From contig NW_026515699.1 in NCBI RefSeq assembly GCF_025526975.1, forward strand, positions 1-64,000: a stretch of 64,000 nt of DNA, given 5' to 3'. The translations under genes were made by a program, and so were the position numbers. The DNA comes from Fimicolochytrium jonesii (lineage: Eukaryota). Position 1 is the stretch's first letter; every line of letters begins with the position of its first letter. Shown one piece after another: positions 50,870 through 61,161 of this stretch. The notes beneath the pieces were generated by a model that saw only the letters and a program-made list of their open reading frames with translations, made no database searches and was not told the DNA's origin.

Positions 50870-52131
50870 TTTCGTTTGTCTACGCGCTATCCATGTCCTT
50901 TGTTATTGTCCTGCACAAGGGCAATCATGGCTTCGGGATGGCGTACATATGAAGCCGGAAAGGGGGTTGACTTCCAAACTGAAGTCACACAGAACAAATG
51001 TGTTTTGAACCCTAGGACCCCGAATACATTGGTATACGCGACGTCTATGAGAGTGCATCAGTAACAAGATGCATCCAACGTGGTTGGATTCCGGAGTCAC
51101 CAGATGTGAGCGGCAGAGCGACACTGTACATATATCGCAGCACATCCCGCTAATTAGCGCCGACACCACGGCCAGAAGAACACACCCGAGTCGAATATGC
51201 TCTTCATCCATCAGTCCAAAGCCGGCGCAGCTGTCCATAGAACATGGCAACAAATGCAGGCAACGGCTGTCCAGTCAGGGAAGGAGCATGGCATTCCATG
51301 GCACCCCGCCGGGGCACGACATGTGCAATGAACAGCCGGACTCTATCACGGGAGCATCAGAAATGATTGCGGTGCTAGGCATTCGGTGGGAATGAAGATA
51401 GATCGCAGAAGGGAGCGAAAGAAACAGCCGTGGTTCCTTCCTTCCCGGCTGCTCAGTCACCTCGATTGTTTCTTCCGTCGGACTGGCGTACCCGATAGTC
51501 CCCCCCCCCCCCCCCCCCCCCCCAAATTCTTTGTGTTTGCCCTACCATGCATGTCCTGTCCTGCTGCTCTGGTAACTATTAAAGTAGCCATGCATGCAGT
51601 AGTATAATTTAGTGCGCGTTGGGGAAGCTAGTGAGGGAGACGTGCGGATCAGCAACACGCCAGGCGATGAAGGCCCACACGACACCCCTCTTCGACGCCC
51701 ACAGAGCGCGCCTGGCCGCAGCAAAGCAGAAGGCAGAGGAAGCGCGGGCCTTCACCCCGGCCTCCGACGACGCCGAGGATGACGACGAGGAGTATACGTC
51801 GGTGGAGAGCAGCCTCCCACACTCGGAGTCCGTGTCGTCATACGGATCTACATCTGGTGGCGACGAGACAGCGGGCTCCGAGTTGTGGGAGGAGGAGGAT
51901 TATGCATTTGCGTGAGGGTGAGTTCATCATTGTCTCCGAGACAACTGTCTCCGCCATCTCCACTGCTCCTGACACACGCTCTCTCATCATAGAGCGAATC
52001 GCGAGGCTGCCCCTATTCCGGGCTGTCTCCATCGATCGCGGGAGTTGAGAGCGGAACGTTCCATGAGATCAGAATGCAGAGCGACTACGACGGCGACGGC
52101 GACTGAATTCGATCTGCAGTCTGAGAGGGAG

Positions 52132-53472
52132 TGTTATAAACAACCCGTTTCAGCCACAGCTGCCTTTTAAAGTTACCGTACCCCCCCCTTTTTCTTTTCT
52201 GTGTGTGTGTGTGTGTGTGTGCGCACACCGTCCGATCGAATGTCTATAAAACAAGTGGTGTGTGTGAAAGGGGAATAAAGTAACGAGTTCCACAACACGT
52301 TATCAGCACCATAGACCATTCTACTCTGTGTCCTACTCTAGAGAAAGACCACCTACGCCAAAACCCATTCCACCTACGAGCTAGAGCCAGACCGCCTACG
52401 CCACTACACAAAAAAAAAAAAAAACCCAATCCCACTGGCGAAAAATCTATACATTCTAAAACCACAAAACAAGACGCTTACCCTAAAAATCTGACCATGT
52501 CATCCACCACTAACGCCACTGTTGCCGCCTCCAAATTGAACCATGTAGAAGTCCTTGCTGCCAACGGCGAAAACTACCAAATCTGGAAAGATGAGATTAA
52601 AGCATTCATGGAATGGAATGAACTTCAAACCACTATGCCTCTCGCCTTCAAGGACGAAGACATCAAACTCATCAGAGCGAGAGCCAACACAGTTAACGCA
52701 GCTACTACGCCAAACGCCAGAGAAGCCGCCGCCGCCGCCGCCGCTGCCCTGGAAATCACTCAGATCAATACGCACGACAACGTTGCGGATATATTTACCA
52801 AATCCCTAGATGAAAACAAACACTGGAAGTTTGTTCACGCTCTAGGGTTGCGCCGAAAGGCCGATGTTGCCTGATACAGCGATGCGCTCTTTTCCTACTC
52901 CCAGGATCTATTTTTCCTCACGGAGGTTTTTGCGACTGGGAGAGGTTTTTACCGAGGCATTCACGACTACGACGGCGAAGCGACAACACATCCCATGCCG
53001 GTCGACCTCCCGCAAGCGGCGGTTGTGCTCAGCACTGGAAGCGTCGAGATCAGCGATGGCGGAAGCGATGGCGGAAGTTGATGGCATAAAGTTCAGGGCG
53101 TAACGAATCGCAAGCCCGGCTCCTACTCCGATCTGGACTCAAGCGATCGTGACTTGAAGAGCGAATCGCGAGTCCGGCTCCTACTCCGATCTGGACTCAA
53201 GCGATCGCGGAAGTTGAGAGCGGAACGTTCTATGGGATCATGCAGAGTGACTGCAACGGCGACTGCGGACTGAATTCGATCTGCAGTCTGAGAGGGAGTG
53301 TTGTAAACAACCAGTTTCAGCCACAGCTTCCTTTTTATAGCTACCGTACCCCCCCTTTTTATTCTCTGCAGATAGAGAGCTGGTTGTGTGTGTGGGCAGA
53401 CCGTCCGATCGAATGTCTATAAAACGAGTGGTGTGTGTGTGAAAGGGGAATAAAGTAACGAGTTCCACAACA
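52132..53472 (+). mobile_element. Internally deleted Ty1/copia LTR element (TRIM-like)
   Basis: LTRs TGTT...AACA at 52132-52297 and 53299-53472. PBS-like CGTTATCAGCAC follows LTR1 and PPT GAGAGGGAG precedes LTR2. The ORF has a gag N-terminus and a copia RNase H tail (NVADIFTKSL). Confidence 0.88.
52497..52874 (+). CDS. Copia gag N-terminus fused in frame to the RNase H C-terminal tail
   Basis: LAANGENYQIWKDEIK (gag) joined through a poly-Ala run to INTHDNVADIFTKSLDENKHWKFVHALGL. Confidence 0.75.
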   Translation: MSSTTNATVAASKLNHVEVLAANGENYQIWKDEIKAFMEWNELQTTMPLAFKDEDIKLIRARANTVNAATTPNAREAAAAAAAALEITQINTHDNVADIFTKSLDENKHWKFVHALGLRRKADVA

Positions 53473-53758
53473 CCCACATCCTTTACACGCGTGTAAAAGA
53501 ACGTGGGGATCCCCACTCCACTCTTTGCGCTCCTCACGCTCCTTACTGTACACTGCTTACAGCCTTCACGCTCGGCCTTACCGGAACCCAGCGCAATTGC
53601 GAGCAGATGTGTACTTGCCGACCACCACCAGGTAACAACCGCAATTCCTCACCGTTCTCAGCTTCATTACCACAGCACTGAGTTCTTTGACACACAGCTA
53701 TCAAGGCGATCACCTGCAACACCTGTCTCGGCTGAACTTAAGGCACAGCACAGCCATC

Positions 53759-56700
53759 ATGTCATCACACCAGGCGCTCCAGGGGCACCTGTGGTGTGGC
53801 ATCCTTACCGGAGTAACCACACCACGGCGGAAGAGGAGGAAGGTTACTCCGGTTACCCCGCGGTTGCCCTTTACCCTGCGGTTGCCCATACGTCTGCCAA
53901 CCGCTGTGCAGACACCATTGCAACCCCCGCAATTCGAGTTCCCACCTTCTGTCCAGCGCCACTTGCCCCAAGCAATTGCAGACATGGTTGGCGAGAGCTC
54001 CGGCGATGAAGACGGGCAGCAGCAGCAGCCGCAGCGAGGGCTTTCACCCGTGGACAGGGGTCTGCAGCGCCCACTGAACCTCCCCGCGCCCATCCCTTTC
54101 CTTTTTCCCAGCACACCGGGTGGACCCCTGGTGTATGAACCCCCGCCACCACCACCCCCGCCACCACCACCAGCTCAACGACCCCGCCCGCAGACACACG
54201 CCAGCACGAAGGTTTCCCTTCACTGAATCCAAAATCACAATCAAGTCCAAAGGGAGCGCCTGACAACGTTCATCGCCGATGTTCACGTCCTTGCGCGCCA
54301 CACCACCTTCTTTATCAAGTACTACCTTGGTGAGTTTTTGAGATACACTATACTGTATACTTCCCATTAAACAATGTCCTGACTGCTACATCTGCCCACC
54401 CCATCACAGCTGACCATCCTCTACACGATTTCCCGGACATCACCGACAAGCACATCAGTGTGATGTTTGAGCTGCTCAACAATCCAGGCTACAATGGCAA
54501 TCCGCTCATCGCGCAAGAGTTGCGTCCATGGGTTCAAGACTACTGTAATGTTCACGGATTCGCCCCCATCCGCATGCAAAATTGCCAACAGACCGCAGCG
54601 TACACGGCTACAAGCATCCTCACAAACCTCAAAGTTAACGTACAAGAGCATTTCATGCAAATGTTTCTGCGCTACGTCAATGAAAGGCTTGGTTTGAAGC
54701 AAGTCTAACAGCATCTCCGGAGAGCGCAGCGGCGACACTATTATCGTCGTGTCCGTCAATTTACAAAGTACGCGACGTTTGAAGAGTACCCAACCGAAGA
54801 GGAGCTTGCGCGCCTCACACGACTTGAGCGGACCATCCTCGACGAGTTATGGGCTCTGTTTCCTCCCCGGGATGAGCCGCTTGCGTACAGCCTTGCGGTG
54901 GACGCAATGCCATATTTAGGTGAGCTATGTCCCGTACATTTGCCCCCCCCCCCCCCCCCCCCCTCCAGCTCGTGCGTGACTGCGCAGCGACGCGAGCGAG
55001 CGCCTTGCTTGGTACACCGACCTGGCCAAGTGGCTGCGCGCCGGGACCCGGGCCAACGTGGTCCCCCCCCCGGCCAACAGGAAGCGGAACCCCCCTGCGG
55101 GTTCCTCTTTTATCTAATCATGGTCCGCACCTGCCTCGCCTCATCACAGGTGCCTATTGTGAGCTCTCACGCCTCTATGAGCGCCGTGGAATGCGGCTGT
55201 TTTCCGCTATCCCGCTGCGCAAATCTCGAATCCAGTCATCTGTTCGGATCGACACGGAGATCCTAGGCACTCATATCCTGGGCTTGGGCCAACATCGCAT
55301 GGGGAAACTCACCGATGAACGCAAGCAGGAGCTGTGGGGGCAGTTTCTCAACGTGAATGTAAGTCTCTATCCCTCTGCGCTTATTTCACTCACCTCACCT
55401 CGCTGAATGACGGATTGCAGGACAAGGTCTTCAAGGATCGAAAGAAGCTTGGTCTCAAATTTGATGGGTCAATCAGCACAAACGGGTATTCCGCTACCAT
55501 CCACTTCAAGAAGCCAGGGCTAAAGTACGGCCATCGCGCCCAGAAGCGCAGCAAAGCCCAAATGCAGGAAGAAGTTAAGCAGCTGTATTTTGAGCACCAC
55601 ATCGCCGAACTACGGGAGGCTCCAAACATCGTTAGCATTGATCCGGGCAAGCGTGACCTCTTGCTCTGTCGAGACATCAAGAAGGAGCGGCCATTTCGGT
55701 ACGTTTCAGTTGATTACTACTGCCCTGCTGTCCCCGCCAGCCCCCCGTCTCCGCCCGCCAGCCCCCCGTCTCCACCGCCCAGCCCCCCGTCTCTGCCCCC
55801 CAACCCCCCGTCTCCACCCCCCAGCCCCCCGTCTCCGCCCGCCAGCCCCCCGTCTCCGCCCGCCAGCCCCCCGTCTCCGCCCGCCAGCCCCCCGTATCCG
55901 CCCGCCAGCCCCCCGCCAGCCCCCCGTCTCCGCACCCAGCCCCCCGTCTCCGCCCACCATCCCCCCGTCTCCGCTGCCGCTCCCACCGCCCCTATCCCCA
56001 CCATCCCCATTGCGGCGACATTCCGTTGCAGCGTTCTCACAATGCACCACCCCGTACCAGATACACATCCAATCAACAGGCGGTCGAGACAAAGTCTCGG
56101 TACTTTCAAAGAGACATGAGAGAGCGAAAGATCAATGCCGGCATCGCTGAGATGGAATCACATATTCCATCGCACAAGAGCATGAACATCGAGGCGTTCT
56201 CAGCGTTCATTGTGGATTACGAACATGCGGGTATGATGTATCACGCATCGTCTTCAAATTTGGTAACACATGGGCTGACATCCATCCATATCCCAGATCC
56301 CGCCCTGGATGAGTTTTACCAGGATGAGATTCACGTGGCTCGCAGATTCAAGGCGTTCTCACTGCGGCAAAAGTCCCAGAGCAAGCTCATCAAGAACATG
56401 CGACGCCTGTATGGAAGGCATTTTTCGGTCATCTTGGGTGATTGGAGCGACGCTGGAAAAACCATGCGCTTTCAGGAGTCATCAAAGACCAAAGGGTGAG
56501 TGACTATCATTGGTAATATGTATTACAGTATGTCAACTCATCATGGAAATCAGATTCCGCACACTCTTTGCAAGAAACAGCATTCCATGCTACTTGCTAG
56601 ATGAGTATCGAACGTCCTCCGTGTGCCCCAACTGCCACGGCCGTGTAAAGAAAAACATCCGACAACGGCTGTCATCTCGGCCGTGGCAAGCTAGAAAGGG

Positions 56701-56923
56701 AAGAATGGAATACGTCCATGGATTGGTGGGTTGCCCCAACCCCGAATGTATCAACCAAGACTGGACGCCATTTGAGATTCCTGGAAGACGACGACCACTA
56801 CGACTACGGATGAGAGTGCACAATCGGGACGTCCTGAGCACCAAGAATTTCCTCTCGATTGTGCGTTCGGTGGTGTTTGGCAATGGCCGCAGACCAGACG
56901 CATTCTCCCGTAACCGTAGGTAG
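53759..56923 (+). pseudogene. Fanzor: Fanzor1 (eukaryotic TnpB-family RuvC RNA-guided endonuclease), 7 exons, two premature stops
   Basis: Introns 54330-54409, 54920-55149, 55359-55420, 55699-56060, 56231-56296 and 56496-56553 give a continuous ~768-codon frame. Motifs: FSAIPLRKS..VRIDT, FDGSISTNGYS, RuvC-I SIDPGKRD, ILGDWS, RuvC-II LDEYRTS, CPNC/CPNPEC and RuvC-III NRD. Confidence 0.92.
55731..55975. repeat. 21-bp C-rich minisatellite inside Fanzor intron 4
   Basis: About 10 units of CCGCCCGCCAGCCCCCCGTCT and variants. Confidence 0.9.
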
Positions 56924-57150
56924 TCTAGATTTCACCCCATCCCATTTTCCGTGGTGGTTATCTGCCATCCACATCATTGTACCTCTGCCTGAGGCGTCGC
57001 CGATGATGGCAACTTGTAATTTAGTGCGATGGACGGTGGAATCGGAGGCTCTTCCCGCTGTTTGAGGCGCGCTTTGGCTGTTTCCCGTGCGGTGACACAC
57101 CACCAACGAAGGCCCCGAGAGGCCAACCGCACAAACGGGCAGGCCGCCGC
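56924..57150 (+). ncRNA. Candidate Fanzor omegaRNA scaffold region
   Basis: Lies directly downstream of the Fanzor stop. Stems: CATCATTG/CGATGATG (56972-57008) and CCCGTGCGGT/ACCGCAC..ACGGG (57084-57139) enclosing a GGCC/GGCC hairpin. Confidence 0.4.
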
Positions 57151-57818
57151 AAGAAGCATCTTGGAACCGCATGAACAACAAACACAACACCTTCTTCGAC
57201 TGCTTCCGTCTCTGGCATCTGGCTTCACTCCCCCCACGTCGCTCCGACCACTCGCACGTAAGTATCACTGGACTGCGGTCAACGAGCCTCCCACCAGCAC
57301 CATCCTGTCTGGAGCCCCTGGGAAACGAACGACTGGCGGACCCCTACCAATCTTGTGGGAAACGCTCCTTCTCGCTGTCGGATGCTCAGCGACCGCTAAT
57401 CGGCAACAGTGGCACTGCCGTACGCAGTGTTCTTCTGCCTTTGGTCCCACACTCTAAAGTTTCTCGGGAACATCCAGGCGCCTACTCTTCGGTGGCGTTG
57501 CAAGATGAGCTGCCAGACTACTGGCTGTTTGCGATAGCGGGCGCGACTCACTCTGCCGTAGGCGGTGCCCTACGAAAACGCACAGCAAACTTGCCAAAGC
57601 CGGGGTGATGCCACCTGCCGGGGGTTCTGGGAAGAAGGTCCCGACTGCCGGCCTTTTAGGATGGGACCGATGACCCTGACGCACGCGTGGGAATGGAGCT
57701 CACTACATGACCATAACTACCCGCTCTAATCCTTGCTGGTCAACTCACTCCCTTTATCTGGTTCTGTTTCCACTAGTATCATCCTTACGTACGCTCATAC
57801 TCTTTCCGACGCGCAACT

Positions 57819-60364
57819 ATGTCTCGTTTCGTCAGGGCTTCAAAGTGTAAGTGTTTGGGTCGAAGGACCGGGGATCACGAGCGGCGGAAGGATCGCGCGC
57901 TCTAGGAGGAGCTGGACGCACTTTGCCAGCATCCCAGTCATAGCGAGAACCTCTTCTTCCTGGCGAAAGGATGCAAGCGCCATTGTTCAGCCAGCGAGGA
58001 GGAGTTTTGGCGACGGATAGCGAGCGTAGTCTCCTGTAGCAACACCGAGTTCGTGAGCCTAGGCGAGCATTTCGGATATCTTTTTGGCTCTGTGATTTAG
58101 TGCGATTGATTCAAATTCGTTTCGTCATTCCGTTTCCTAACACGTCTGTATCGCCCACATAACAGACCGCCATGTGTTTGGCAACTCGACGAAGCGCGAC
58201 CAGTGCTTTGATAACTTGAAGGTAAGAGTCGGGATGGCAGGGGAATTCGCAGGATCGTGGACCAACCCTGCAGATGCGCTCCATGGACGAAGGAGAGTTG
58301 ATCGGCAGAGATGGAGGAGTAATCAGGGATCACACGGAGGATAGAGCTTTGCAAAAGATATTACTGCTCTCGGAATCATCACTAAACTCTGTCCCCCACA
58401 AATTCGACAGGTCTCCCGCAGCGCCTGGGATACCAACCTGGTGAAAGCCAACCCGCTCTTCATTTCCGTCAACATCGAAGCCAGCGGCGGTGGCGCCTTT
58501 GCTGTCCTCTCGCACACCAACACGGGCAAGCTCTCGGACAATCTCGCCGTCTACAACGGTCACACCGCCGCTGTGCTCGACACTGATTTCAACCCGTTCA
58601 ACGATCATGTGATTGCCAGTGCGAGTGAGGATACGAAGGTTATGATTTGGACGATCCCGCAGGGTGGGCCGGTGGAGAGTATCTCGACCCCGGCGGCTAC
58701 TCTTACGGGGCATGGCAGGAAGGTACGATCGCGTATTTTGAGGGAGTTCTCTTGGAGTGGCGGTTGATTCGGGCGATGAGTTGAACGTCTAAGCCTGGGC
58801 ACGTTTCTTTCCTCATCTTGATTCACACACTTATCAACCCATTTTCGCCTTGCCACCCCCCCCCCCCCCCCCCCCCCAAATTAGGTCGGCCACGTCCTCT
58901 TCCACCCCACAGCAGACAACGTGCTCGCCTCCGCGTCCGCCGATTTCACCATCAAGTTGTGGGACATTGCGACGGGCCAGGAAAAGACGGAGCTGACGGG
59001 CCACACGGAGATAATCCAGTCGCTTTCCTGGAACTACGATGGGTCATTGCTGGCGACCACGTGCAAGGATAAGAAGTTGAGGGTGTTTGATGTGCGGGCT
59101 AATAAAGTCGTTCAGGTAGGTGGACATGAGCTGTGGAGATTTAACATCCCTTCACCCGGCATTAACAGAGGCATTTTGTTACAGGAAGCGGTCGGCCACC
59201 AAGGCATCAAAGGCGCCCGCGTGCAATGGATGGGCAACGCCGACCGTTTCGTCACCACGGGCTTCTCGCGAACCAGTGACCGTCAGGTGTACATCTACGA
59301 CTCGAAGAACTTGAGCGCCCCGCTTAAGCAGGAGAATATCGATACCGCCTCTGGGTAAGGTTTGGAAATGATGAGGGGTTTGGGGGTAGACATTATGCAT
59401 GGAATGTGATTTTCATGAGTGCCTCTGTGTTTTGCAGTCTGCTCATGCCGTTCTTCGATGCCGACACGAGCATGCTCTACCTTGCGGGCAAGGTACGCTA
59501 TACTATAATGTCGCCTTCCGCTCTCAGAATGAACCATCCATTCGCCATACCACCCATTAATGCCCCCTCTTCCAACACAACAGGGTGACGGAAACATCCG
59601 TTACTACGAATGGGTCGACGACGAAAAGGGCCTGTACTTCCTCTCCGAGTACAAATCCGCCGACCCGCAGCGCGGACTCTCGTTCTTGCCCAAGCGTGCT
59701 GTCAACGTTTCCGAGACGGAGATTGCCAGGGCTTACAAGGTTCATCCGACGTTGGTGGAGCCGATCTCTTTTAAGGTGCCGCGTAAGGTATGTATATATC
59801 TCAGGCTCTTCTGCATCCACCTCCGCTTCGAAGCACACATGACTGACACATGACTTCTTCCACATACCTAGTCGGACGCCTTCCAATCCGACCTGTACCC
59901 AGAAACCCTAGGCGCGGAACCCTCCTTGACCGCCGACGAGTTCTTCAGCGGTAAAACGAGCCCACCAAAGCTCATCTCCCTCGAGACTGGGTTTGCGGCC
60001 GCTACTACCGCTAAAGAGTTTGTGACGACGGCGAAGCCGGTTGAGGCTGTTAATGAGAAGGTGCCGACTACGGAAAAGGAGGTAAGGCAGAGTCTGGCAT
60101 TTGTTGTGCGGGGTTTGCAAGATCACGGAACTGGCTTTGGGGATGCGATGCCTTCTTCGGGAAACTGGCGCATTCGAAGCCCACATACCACCAGCGCATC
60201 ATGGTAATCGACCTCCCTCCCACTCCCTACCTTACGCAACACAGTACCAAGACGCCTACCACGCCCTCCGAAAAGAAAACGAAGACCTGAAGAACCAAAT
60301 ATCCAACCGCGACGCACGGATACGTCAGCTCGAGGCCCAGGTCGAGTCGTTGGGCAAGAAGTAG
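57819..60364 (+). CDS. CRN1: Coronin (WD40 actin-binding protein), multi-exon
   Basis: MSRFVRASK|YRHVFG, GGGAFAV, GHTAAVLDTDFNPF, YLAGK|GDGNIRYYE, QRG..FLPKR, VPRK|SDAFQSDLYP and a C-terminal coiled coil. Confidence 0.97.
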
Positions 60365-61161
60365 ATTGACAGTATCGACTCCAGTCGAATTGCTAGTAGT
60401 ATTGGACCGCATCCTATACCGTCCCATATTTTTGAGACATCCTTGATTGCCCGTGTTCCCTTTGACTCGTTACCTGACAACATTGTGAGCCCACCTTATC
60501 CTATCTAGTGTCTTGAGCTCGACCATGTTTTCGGACCCGCTGTGGACCACAAATGATAAATGCGAAACAGGCCAACCTCGGTTCACTGTTGTGTTTTTTC
60601 TGGCTCACTGTTTGCATGCCCTGGTGAAATGGGAGGGAACTCTTCAAAGTGAGGACGGGGGCGGATGGGAATGGAGTAGCGGACAGTTTGCCGATCGAAG
60701 ACGGTTGGCATGAGAGATCGATCCTCCCACCTACCCAGGACGTGCAGATCTGTATCTAGCCAGATGCCATGGAATTGCGCCTATAAACCACTGCGATCGC
60801 ACCACTAAGACACTGCGATCTACATTAGACGATGATAAGTTTCTCATTCTAGCGGATCCAAAAATAAAAAAACTCCAAAACGCAAAACACAAAGCGATAC
60901 AGCGGGGACAAATCTCAGGGGCTCTAAAGGATCCAAGGCACCCGCATGTGAGAGCGGAAGTAACCTCGGGACCGGGGCTTCCCCAATAGGAAATTCCAGA
61001 TAGCTTTTTTTTCAGAACCGATCACTTGCGTCGTGGTAAGCGTGAAGAGACCCGACACCCGGCGTAAGTCTTTCCTTGCCCTGCGACATGGGCCGAGGCT
61101 GAACTCCACGAGGAGGGCGAGGGGGGACGGCGACGGAAAACACAGCGACAGTAGCGGACCC

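Noticed and set aside
55699..56119. Extensin-like Pro-rich protein
   Set aside because: Translation of an intronic minisatellite. Splicing restores the Fanzor motif FRYT.
57670..57700. CACGCGTG-containing motif as the right TIR of the Fanzor element
   Set aside because: It shares only a short palindromic core with the left-side hairpin, with no extended inverted match or TSD. It may belong to the coronin promoter.
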